NCBI GenBank assembly: GCA_002269645.1
Contig: NIVC01001186.1
Location: 185,293 to 249,292, forward strand
Direction of reading: 5' to 3'
Source of the DNA: Macrostomum lignano
Lineage: Eukaryota
DNA length: 64,000 nucleotides
The number at the start of each line of letters is the position of its first letter. The stretch's first letter is position 1. The notes beneath the pieces were generated by a model. That model had not been told where the DNA came from. It worked only from the letters and a program-made list of their open reading frames with translations, and made no database searches. Position numbers and translations under genes: made by a program. Below are positions 10,567 through 20,961 of this stretch, piece by piece.

Positions 10567-12479
10567 TCTCCGCCGACGATATCATAATATTGATCGGCCC
10601 CGATCAGAACAGAAATTGGCGTGCTCTCATCGCGTGGGTCGTGCGGATCTGCTAAGTCTAAATTGCGCAGATGCGGAAACTGGTTCACTAAGACTGAGCG
10701 CTGAGGCTGACAGATATCATTGACCATATTAGCACGGATGTTCAAAACTTGACGCGAATCTATTTTCCTGATTGAGAAAGTGACAGTACCGGATTCGATT
10801 GTTGTATTGAGACCAGTGAATGTCGACACAGTCAATGGCTCACTCCTGGTTGCCGTGATGCCTAAGAGATCGCATACATTCTTTCTGATGTAGGATCTGT
10901 TGCTAGCTGTATCGAGTAACACCCTAATCAGGAGCTCTCGCTGACCATCAGCACTCAACAGTATAGCTTTGGCAACAGGAAGGGCCACTGAAGGATTGTT
11001 GCTAAGGAACATGGTCGAAGAAAAATGATCAGAGACGTGACTCGGTGAAGCGACCGGTGCCGACTCTTCATGAGTAGCACAGACGGTGACTGAGCTGCCA
11101 GCATCGGCCCGCGCGTTCGAATTATCAGACTGAGCTTGAGCCGAATGATCGAGTGGCGAGGACTCAGCGGAAACTGCAGTCGTAGGTAAGCACTGATTAT
11201 TTGACCTTGCCTGTCTTCCAAGTTGCTTTCCGGCAGGTTTATTAGACTTAGCTAGACCGGCAGGCCTAGTGATGACAGTTTTAGCTGGAGCCTTGTTGCA
11301 AATGCTCACGTGATGTGCGCCGTCACAGAATCTGCACTGCCGCGGATCATTGCACGTGCGAGCACCATGACCTGTGCGCAAGCACCGAAAGCAACGTTTT
11401 TCCTGGTGCAAAAACTCGCGACGTCTATCCGCTGTTGCAAATTGAAGACAATCTTCAGACTTGTGTCCAGCCTTGCAGTAAGTGCAGAAGACTTTGCCAT
11501 GTTCCCTTGGTGTGCTCTTCGAGCTAGATTGAACTGTCAGAGTTGAAAGTGAAGGCTTCGGCGAGCCTCCAGACCGCTCGCGATCGTGTCCAGTCTTCTT
11601 GCCAATCAAAACAGCCTTCTCACGAACCTCAATTTCCTGGCTTAAGAGATGTAAAAAGTCCTTAACTGAATCGCACTGTGATCCTGAATAAGCGGCTGAC
11701 TTGAGCATGTCCAACCTAAATTCATCTGGGCACCGCTTGAGTAGGTTCGGCAGCAACAATGTCTCATACGAGGCAGCGTGCACATTCTGAGCTTCAAGGC
11801 TGCGCACGGCAGCAGACACATCGTCATGAAAACGTTGAAGGCTTGAAAGCGAGGTGTCACTTAGCCTAAGCTCTGACAGCTGATGCATGAGGTCTCTGAC
11901 TATCAAATCTGGCTTGCCAAACCGATCTCGCAGAATTGTGATTGCAGCCGCGTAATTCGCACCAGTCACTGCCAGACCCCGAATGCCAGCCTTGGCGGAG
12001 TCAGAGAGAGAAGCGAGCAAGTAATTGAATTTGTCGATATCAGCGAGCGATGAATTTGAGTCCACAGATGACGAAAACTGATCCCAAAAGGTCTGCCAAC
12101 CCGTAACTGTCCCATCAAAGGTCGGTAGCTGACACTTAGGTAGCTTCACCTGAGGTTGAGCGGAGCCTGAAGGCTGTTGATGCGCCACGTTTGAACTTTG
12201 GGAATTTCCCAGCAATTTAATGTACTTGCGGCAGCGAAACGAGTAGTCATAGCTCTCAGCCAACTCAGATTCCATCTTATCGTCAGAGAGATCTTCCTGA
12301 ATCACCTCATCTGCACCTTTTAACGCCTCCAGCTTCTCCTTGAGAACCTCTAAGCACGCCTCAGCATCAGCAACGGCTTCGGCATTCCACCAACTAAGCG
12401 ACAAGAGTTTGTCTGCCTTCGCGATAGTCCGAGTGACAGCTGCTCTAATCAGAGCCCTCTTCTTGACCTCCGCAGACAT
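10563..12479 (-). CDS. BEL/Pao gag plus N-terminal part of the protease (first ATG 12479)
   Basis: DUF1759-type VKLPKCQLPTFDG...WQTFWDQF; knuckles CTYC..H..C, CFRC..H..C and CRFC..H..C; protease LLDTASNRSYI; ends IGADQYYDIVGGE* at TAA 10563-10565. Confidence 0.93.
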   Translation of the reverse strand: MSAEVKKRALIRAAVTRTIAKADKLLSLSWWNAEAVADAEACLEVLKEKLEALKGADEVIQEDLSDDKMESELAESYDYSFRCRKYIKLLGNSQSSNVAHQQPSGSAQPQVKLPKCQLPTFDGTVTGWQTFWDQFSSSVDSNSSLADIDKFNYLLASLSDSAKAGIRGLAVTGANYAAAITILRDRFGKPDLIVRDLMHQLSELRLSDTSLSSLQRFHDDVSAAVRSLEAQNVHAASYETLLLPNLLKRCPDEFRLDMLKSAAYSGSQCDSVKDFLHLLSQEIEVREKAVLIGKKTGHDRERSGGSPKPSLSTLTVQSSSKSTPREHGKVFCTYCKAGHKSEDCLQFATADRRREFLHQEKRCFRCLRTGHGARTCNDPRQCRFCDGAHHVSICNKAPAKTVITRPAGLAKSNKPAGKQLGRQARSNNQCLPTTAVSAESSPLDHSAQAQSDNSNARADAGSSVTVCATHEESAPVASPSHVSDHFSSTMFLSNNPSVALPVAKAILLSADGQRELLIRVLLDTASNRSYIRKNVCDLLGITATRSEPLTVSTFTGLNTTIESGTVTFSIRKIDSRQVLNIRANMVNDICQPQRSVLVNQFPHLRNLDLADPHDPRDESTPISVLIGADQYYDIVGGE

Positions 12480-13389
12480 AACGACCTCGAGCAGCAACGA
12501 GCAGCAACCAAGCAGCTAGCAGTGAGAGAGTTCAGAGAGGAGCGCAATAGGACCCACAACTAACCTCAGTGCACACCCAAATCAAGCGAAAATTTTACTG
12601 AATTAGGAAAATGTGAATAAAATTGCAAAGTGAAAATCTACGACTACGTGACTGATAGCAAAAGCAGTGAAACAAACAACACGCAATGAATAGAAAGGAG
12701 TATAAATGAGTGGAAAGTCGGACAGCTAACTGAAAACAGTCCAAATGAAAACTTAGCTGGCAGACGAGTCGACTTCTCCAGGCAGCTGTCCTGTTCGTCC
12801 CTCCTGAGTCCTGAATCCGGAGTGAGCACAGAGTCTGAAGCCTTGAGCACGATGAGAAGCAAAGACGACGACGAAGACGAGCAGAGGAACGCAGAGGTAA
12901 CGAAAGGCTTTTCCATGGTTCTCCACCGTCAAGAGGTGCCAAGCGGGCGGCCTTCCGGCCGGCAAAGAGAGAACCGGGGGGGGGGAGAGGCCCTCGAACT
13001 TAGTGTAAAAACTATGTTTCGGGGGCAAACCTTCCCCTATCAGAGTGGCTCTGGACCGACCACCCAGAGCACCTCCCTAAACAATATCAAGGTCAAAAAC
13101 CCGATGGGAACGAGAGTAACCATTCGGGTAGTCCACGCCTACCGGCGACAAAAGGATAACAAGACAAGAGGTAACGAAAGGCAGATTCGACGAAGACGAG
13201 CAGACGAACGCAGAGGTAACGAAGGCAGATTCGACTAAGACGAGCAGACGAACGCAGAGGTAACGAAAGGCAGATTCGACGAAGACGAGCAGACGAACGC
13301 AGAGGTAACGAAATCGATACGATGCGAGACGATAGAGTAAACGAGCCGAACGAAGGGTCACAAGCAGAAGCAGTGTAGTGAACGGGTTC

Positions 13390-13406
13390 AATTCAGTCGG
13401 GCGCCA
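13390..13406 (-). other. Primer-binding site
   Basis: The minus strand reads TGGCGCCCGACTGAATT directly after the 5' LTR CA end. The first 10 nt are complementary to the 3' end of tRNA-Lys(UUU) (TGGCGCCCGA). Confidence 0.75.
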
Positions 13407-13762
13407 TGTAGAAAAATAACTGAAGAAATAACACTGGCCAGTGAATACGTTGACAATAACAACTTGAAAAACAAAGTTAAGATGAAAAGGCTCCTCCAGC
13501 AGTATATTTATTTGCGTGGTTGAGAGAGGGGGGTAGAGAATAGATAAGAAGAAAATGGGTAAGAAGGGCGAGGGCTAAAACTCTAACGAGACCGAGGGGG
13601 GGGGGCTGACTGAAAACTCACCGATCGATAATCGGAAAACAAGATAAGAGTGTACAGTACATAGAGCACGGTAGATAGAAGATGGACTAGGCACACAGGG
13701 AATGGAAGAAAATGAAAAGGGAGCAAGTGAATTCTATTAGCGCAAGCTGAAATTTCGCGACA
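13407..13762 (-). repeat. 5' LTR of the BEL/Pao element
   Basis: TG...CA termini; direct repeat of 6261-6616. Confidence 0.96.
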
Positions 13763-16268
13763 GTATGAATAGAATGGATTGCTAATCTATCTCTTGTCTG
13801 TAGGAATAGATTGGATTGCTAATCTATCTCTTGTCTGTAGGAATAGAATGGATTGCTAATCTATCTGTGGTCTGTAGGAATAGAATGGATTGCTAATCTA
13901 TCTCTGCTCTGTAGGAATAGAATGGATTGCTAATCTATCTCTGCTCTGTAGGAATAGAATGGATTGCTAATCTATCTGTGGTCTGTATGAATAGAATGGA
14001 TTGCTAATCTATCTCTAGTCTGTATGAATAGAATGGATTGCTAATCTATCTGTGGTCTGTATGAATAGAATGGATTGCTAATCTATCTCTTGTCTGTAGG
14101 AATAGAATGGATTGCTAATCTATCTCTTGTCTGTAGGAATAGAATAGATTGCTAATCTATCTGTGGTCTGTAGGAATAGAATGGATTGCTAATCTATCTC
14201 TAGTCTGTATGAATAGAATGGATTGCTAATCTATCTGTGGTCTGTAGGAATAGAATGGATTGCTAATCTATCTGTGGTCTGTAGGAATAGAATGGATTGC
14301 TAATCTATCTCTTGTCTGTAGGAATAGAATGGATTGCTAATCTATCTCTGCTCTGTATGAATAGAATGGATTGCTAATCTATCTCTTGTCTGTAGGAATA
14401 GAATGGATTGCTAATCTATCTCTAGTCTGTATGAATAGAATGGATTGCTAATCTATCTCTTGTCTGTATGAATAGAATGGATTGCTAATCTATCTCTAGT
14501 CTGTATGAATAGAATGGATTGCTAATCTATCTGTGGTCTGTATGAATAGAATGGATTGCTAATCCATCTCTGGTCTGTAGGAATAGAATGGATTGCTAAT
14601 CTATCTCTGCTCTGTAGGAATAGAATGGATTGCTAATCTATCTCTTGTCTGTAGGAATAGAATGGATTGCTAATCTATCTCTAGTCTGTAGGAATAGAAT
14701 GGATTGCTAATCTATCTCTTGTCTGTAGGAATAGAATGGATTGCTAACCTATCTCTTGTCTGTATGAATAGAATGGATTGCTAATCTATCTCTTGTCTGT
14801 ATGAATAGAATGGATTGCTAATCTATCTGTGGTCTGTAGGAATAGAATGGATTGCTAATCTATCTGTGGTCTGTATGAATAGAATGGATTGCTAATCTAT
14901 CTCTTGTCTGTAGGAATAGAATGGATTGCTAATCTATCTCTTGTCTGTAGGAATAGAACGGATTGCTAATCTATCTCTTGTCTGTATGAATAGAATGGAT
15001 TGCTAATCTATCTCTTGTCTGTATGAATAGAATGGATTGCTAATCTATCTCTTGTCTGTAGGGATAGAATGGATTGCTAATCTATCTGTGGTCTGTAGGA
15101 ATAGAATGGATTGCTAATCTATCTCTAGTCTGTAGGAATAGAATGGATTGCTAATCTATCTGTGGTCTGTAGGAATAGAATGGATTGCTAATCTATCTCT
15201 TGTCTGTAGGAATAGAATGGATTGCTAATCTATCTCTTGTCTGTATGAATAGAATGGATTGCTAATCTATCTCTTGTCTGTATGAATAGAATGGATTGCT
15301 AATCTATCTCTTGTCTGTATGAATAGAATGGATTGCTAATCTATCTGTGGTCTGTAGGAATAGAATGGATTGCTAATCTATCTGTGGTCTGTAGGAATAG
15401 AATGGATTGCTAATCTATCTCTTGTCTGTAGGAATAGAATGGATTGCTAATCTATCTCTTGTCTGTATGAATAGAATGGATTGCTAATCTATCTCTTGTC
15501 TGTATGAATAGAATGGATTGCTAATCTATCTCTGGTCTGTAGGAATAGAATGGATTGCTAATCTATCTCTGGTCTGTAGGAATAGAATGGATTGCTAATC
15601 TATCTCTGCTCTGTAGGAATAGAATGGATTGCTATTCTATTTCTAGTCTGTAGGAATAGAATGGATTGCTAATCTATCTCTGGTCTGTAGGAATAGAATG
15701 GATTGCTAATCTATCTCTTGTCTGTAGGAATAGAATGGATTGCTAATCTATCTCTAGTCTGTAGGAATAGAATGGATTGCTAATCTATCTCTTGTCTGTA
15801 TGAATAGAATGGATTGCTAATCTATCTCTAGTCTGTATGAATAGAATGGATTGCTAATCTATCTGTGGTCTGTAGGAATAGAATGGATTGCTAATCTATC
15901 TCTGCTCTGTAGGAATAGAATGGATTGCTAATCTATCTCTTGTCTGTAGGAATAGAATGGATTGCTAATCTATCTCTGCTCTGTAGGAATAGAATGGATT
16001 GCTAATCTATCTCTTGTCTGTAGGAATAGAATAGATTGCTAATCTATCTGTGGTCTGTAGGAATAGAATGGATTGCTAATCTATCTCTTGTCTGTAGGAA
16101 TAGAATGGATTGCTAATCTATCTCTAGTCTGTATGAATAGAATGGATTGCTAATCTATCTGTGGTCTGTAGGAATAGAATGGATTGCTAATCTATCTCTT
16201 GTCTGTAGGAATAGAATGGATTGCTAATCTATCTGTGGTCTGTAGGAATAGAACGGATTGCTAATCTA
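13763..16268. repeat. 37-bp satellite, subfamily 1, right block, about 68 units
   Basis: Same unit and same variant set as 4747-6260. Confidence 0.97.
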
Positions 16269-16429
16269 CCGCTGTTATTTTATAAATAGATTAGATTTGC
16301 TGATCTATATTTTATTTGAAAAATCTTCAGTATTTCATGTCTACTATTCCACAATTTTGAATTTAAATGCATGCTGCACTTTCCGGTCTCCAATACATTT
16401 TAAAAATTATAAGCGCAATCAAACAGAAA

Positions 16430-17604
16430 ATGAGCAGCATGTACACCTGCCATCCTTTTGTTGACTCGGGCAAGAAAATCGCCAGTCTGCCCACCTGCAT
16501 GTACACTGCGCCTAATTTGGTGTCAGTTCAATCCGAATCAGCTGAACTCGATGCCAGCACATTTGCTGCAACCGAAATCAATATCTGCTATTTGGAACGA
16601 CTCCGTGGCGACCTGGCAACTTTGATCAGGGTTAGGAACTTCTTATCGGCTGCTACTGCAGGTGTGGCTGAGCTTGAACCTGTGCCTGTTGCGGCTGTTA
16701 AATCGACTGTAATTCAGTCCGTTTCCAGGTAACTAATTCGTTAATTTGGCTGATGTGTTCTGTTATCACGAAGTGCTTAAAAATGAGGGGTTTATTTAAA
16801 ATCTAGTTTGCCTGGGTCATGCATTCTGGAAGATATGTTTATTAAGGAGGGTTGACGTGCAGAGATTTCAATATTTTTTACAGTAAGACGCCGCCGCAGA
16901 AGCCGGAACTGTCCAAGCCAGCAGCTGCATCATCAGTTCCAGCATCCCATGCCCCATCTGCAGCGCCAGTCAGTTTGGCATTGCACTGCTCCACCAGCCG
17001 CCCGCCATTGGCTGTACTACTATTAGTAGAGCTGCTCCGGTCTCGTCAAGGTATCTCAATTTACCTGACCAGTCACGGCCGGGTTCTGAACGGTTCGGCC
17101 GCTCGGCCAGCTTCTCCGGCTGTTAATCGTTTAATCCATCGGCTCTCATTGGCTAATCCGCCTAGGCGTATGTCGGCAGACATCTGCTTGGATCTAATCT
17201 GGTCAACTAGCGATAAAACTTTCAATAACGATTGCTGTCTAATTAATAATGCTTTTTCTGGCCAGCCTCTGCTAGGAGAGTTGCTGGCTCTGCAATCTAT
17301 CAATTTGGTTGTCAAGCAGAAGCTGCCAGTTGATCAGCATCTGCTGGATCTGGCTGACCATCTGCAAACTGGTAGGCGAGTGTCCGAGCAGCTGATGGCC
17401 GAACTTTTGGCCAAGAATGAGGATTCGAAACAGTCAAGCCTTGGTCAGCTGCTTGCCTGGTCAGTGCTGCAGTGCCACTCATCAGCTGCTACTGCTAGTA
17501 GTAGCACTAACGGCAATTTAGCAGCTGCTTCAAAGAGATTTCTGGCTAAACTAAATTCTGCCGAGCCGTTTTCTAAATTTGTTGCGGATTTAACGGCTAA
17601 GTGA
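16430..17604 (+). CDS. Uncharacterised protein, two coding exons (16430-16728, 16884-17604), about 339 aa
   Basis: Two open ORFs joined in frame by a 155-bp GT-AG intron (tccag|gtaact ... ttttacag|taag) giving ...QSVSSKTPPQKPEL.... No confident family match. Confidence 0.6.
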
Positions 17605-17670
17605 CTTGCTATATATGTGGTTTGTGTGCGTAACCATGGCAACAGGCCTGTCAGTGACTTTATTGTGTTT

Positions 17671-18950
17671 GGATTGCTAATCTATTTGGTGTCTTGAGGA
17701 ATAGAATGGATTGCTAATCTATTTGGTGTCTTAAGGAATAGAATGGATTGCTAATCTATTTGGTGTCTTAAGGAATAGAATGGATTGCTAATCTATTTGG
17801 TGTCTTGAGGAATAGAATGGATTGCTAATCTATTTGGTGTCTTAAGGAATAGAATGGATTGCTAATCTATTTCGTGTCCTAAGGAATAGAATGGATTGCT
17901 AATCCATTTCGTGTCTTAAGGAATACTCGTAGAATGGACTGCTAATCTATTTGGTGTCTTAAGAAATAGATAGATTGCTAATCCATTTCGCGTCTTAAGG
18001 AATAGAATGGACTGCTAATCTATTTCGTGTCCTAAGGAACAGAATGGATTGCTAATCTATTTCGTGTCCTAAGGAACAGAATGGATTGCTAATCTATTTT
18101 GTGTCTTAAGGAACAGAATGGATTGCTAATCTATTTTGTGTCTTAGGAATAGAATGGATTGCTAATCTACTTCGTGTCTTGAGGAACAGAATGGATTGCT
18201 AATCTATTTTGTGTCTTAAGGAACAGAATGGATTGCTAATCTATTTGGTGTCTTAAGAAATAGATAGATTGCTAATCCATTTCGCGTCTTAAGGAATAGA
18301 ATGGACTGCTAATATATTTGGTGTGTCTTAAGGAACAGAATGGATTGCTAATCTATTTCGTGTCCTAAGGAACAGAATGGATTGCTAATCTATTTTGTGT
18401 CTTAAGGAACAGAATGGATTGCTAATCTATTTTGTGTCTTAAGGAACAGAATGGATTGCTAATCTATTTTGTGTCTTAGGAATAGAATGGATTGCTAATC
18501 TATTTCGTGTCCTCAGGAACAGAATGGACTGCTAATCTATTTGGTGTGTCTTAAGGAACAGAATGGATTGCTAATCTATTTCGTGTCCTAAGGAACAGAA
18601 TGGATTGCTAATCTATTTTGTGTCTTAAGGAACAGAATGGATTGCTAATCTATTTTGTGTCTTAAGGAACAGAATGGATTGCTAATCTATTTTGTGTCTT
18701 AAGGAACAGAATGGATTGCTAATCTATTTTGTGTCTTAGGAATAGAATGGATTGCTAATCTATTTCGTGTCCTCAGGAACAGAATGGACTGCTAATCTAT
18801 TTGGTGTGTCTTAAGGAACAGAATGGATTGCTAATCTATTTGGTGTGTCTTAAGGAACAGAATGGATTGCTAATCTATTTTGTGTCTTAGGAATAGAATG
18901 GATTGCTAATCTATTTCGTGTCCTCAGGAACAGAATGGATTGCTAATCTA
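17671..18950. repeat. 37-bp satellite, subfamily 2 (ggattgctaatctattt(g/c/t)gtgtcttaaggaa(t/c)agaat), about 34 units
   Basis: Shares the gaatggattgctaatcta core with subfamily 1; the rest of the unit differs. Confidence 0.95.
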
Positions 18951-19420
18951 TGCCCTGTTTTAGAAAATGACCAATGAATAGATCAGCCATTAATGGGTCA
19001 AGCCATAACTTGAATTATTTATTAATGTTTAGCAGCTTTAAAAATTGAAAATGAAAAGCAATTTTGTCAACAATTATTTATCTTGCAATCGTCTCTTCTG
19101 CATGAAATTTCAGTCGTATATTTTGAAAGTTGAAAGTTAGTTTAAAAAATTAATTTTTTCTTTTAACTTACATTTAATATAATAGCTGTTTAAAATATGA
19201 AATTTAAGTCAACGAATTTGGCATCTATAGAACTGTTGCTATATATTTATTTAAACCTTTCGTCTTCCTTATTCAACCCAGTCGAAGACCTAACTGTTCA
19301 ACTACTATGAGTAGTAAAAATATATAAAAGAATTCAATTGCTGTTTTGTGTGCTAGGAACCTTTAAATGTAACAAAGTACCGGCTTTTTGTTTTTTTATT
19401 TGTTGAGGCATTATAACTCG

Positions 19421-19941
19421 CAGGCGCGTCGCCAACGGGAGGGACAGGGGGGCATGTCCTCCCAGTAAAAGCTATGGGGGACATGCCACTGCTCTGTCCC
19501 CCTACCCCACCTTGTGACCCGTTGTGGTAATCAATAATGTTTCTTCAGGGCGCCCTAATATACTCTTAGCTCCTACGGCGCCAAAATGAGTGCCTGCGGC
19601 GCTAAAATGATTGCCTGCGGCGCCAAAATGAGTGCCTGCGGCGCTAAAATGAGTGCCTGCGGCGCCAAAATGATTGCCTGCGGCGCTAAAATGATTGCCT
19701 GCGGCGCCAAAATGAGTGCCTGCGGCGCTAAAATGAGTGCCTGCGGCGCCAAAATGAGTGCCTGCGGCGCTAAAATGAGTGCCTGCGGCGCTAAAATGAG
19801 TGCCTGCGGCGCTAAAATGAGTGCCTGCGGCGCTAAAATGAGTGCCTGCGGCGCCAAAATGAGTGCCTGCGGCGCTAAAATGAGTGCCTGCGGCGCCAAA
19901 ATGTAGGAATTTAGTCATGTACATGTTGAATTCTTGGCTTT
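19421..19941 (+). mobile_element. Minisatellite-containing TIR element (MITE-like), copy 1; left TIR CAGGCGCGTCGCCA, internal 21-bp array 19577-19903
   Basis: Both flanks of the 21-bp array (gcggcgctaaaatgagtgcct) are homologous to those of the inverted copy at 60801-61590. Confidence 0.7.
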
Positions 19942-20961
19942 GTCAATGGATTTAGTTTATGGTTGCAATACCACTGGGAATGTTGTGTGTTCAGGTCTCA
20001 GGAGTCAGCAAATGGGCAGAATTGTCTTAGCGCCATGGTTGTAGGATGATGTCGCCCAAAGGTGCCCACTGCCCTTCTGAGTTTTGCGAATAATTATGCA
20101 GGTAGCTGCTTGGTAGCCATCATCACCTTGTTACTTTGTCAGGCAGTCAAGCTTCCGGCTATTAAAGTACTTAACAGGCTCTAACCAGAGTTCATCTCAT
20201 TCAACAGGCAGGTTCCATTGTATTGTCGCCTCCTCATGTCCAGAGCAGCTTAGTCTTCCTTACAAGCAACGGAAACTGACTTTGGCCCGCCTCTGTTAGC
20301 TTGAGGGGCTATTTAACTACACGAACAGAAGAAGATGCTGGCCATTACCTTGAAGCAATTAGCTCTAACTGCTGACTGCACACACTGCATTAATGCTGGG
20401 TCCTCATTTTCTTGCCATATGCATGTAGCAGTGTGGCTTCAAGGTATTGTCCTGCCTACGCTGCGCTTGCAGAGGTGGGAGGGCGAGAGGGACAGGCCCC
20501 TCTTTCCCTGTTCAAATATTGATCCTATACACGCTTCTTCCTTACACAACAATTGCCACACACGCTAAGCCTTGCTGTTGCCAACTAAAGAAAGAAATTT
20601 TGTACAACCCACCTGGGCTATAGTCCCGCGTGCATCGCATTGTTTTGAGCTGAAAAATATTCTTAAAACTGTATAAAAAGAGGGGTAGAATTACTAGGGC
20701 CGCGCCATAGTGAGGTCTGCTCGCTTGTCTTTTGCAAGTCTTTGGGATTTTACTTTTTTCAAGCTACAACCATTGGACTCGTTTTTTAATTGTCTGTAAA
20801 GCTCACGTGAAAGCAAATTGAAATGGCAACTCATAGGCATCAGAAAGATGCAGTGCAAAATCAGCTCACTGTGCCTGGCAACTCGGCAACTTCTTCTAAT
20901 CGTTTCCGATTGCCTACAAGTCTTGCGTCACCCAGGCATCATACTGGTGAGCTGCGTGTAG

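Larger units (their letters stand above)
6261..13762 (-). mobile_element. Full-length BEL/Pao LTR retrotransposon (about 7.5 kb)
   Basis: Two 356-bp direct LTRs; PBS next to the right LTR and PPT next to the left LTR; gag with three CCHC knuckles; aspartic protease (LLDTAS), RT (YVDN), RNase H (LHGFCDASE) and integrase (HHCC + DDE, APWWGGFWERLV) in BEL/Pao order. Confidence 0.97.

Noticed and set aside
12822-13391. ORFs in the retrotransposon leader (138 aa +, 104 aa -)
   Set aside because: They derive from the approximately 45-bp leader repeat and low-complexity sequence and show no domain features.
4747-18950. CRISPR-like look of the 37-bp arrays (palindromic constant core plus variable part)
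   Set aside because: The variable part is only about 14 nt drawn from a handful of variants, not unique spacers; the context is eukaryotic and there are no cas genes.
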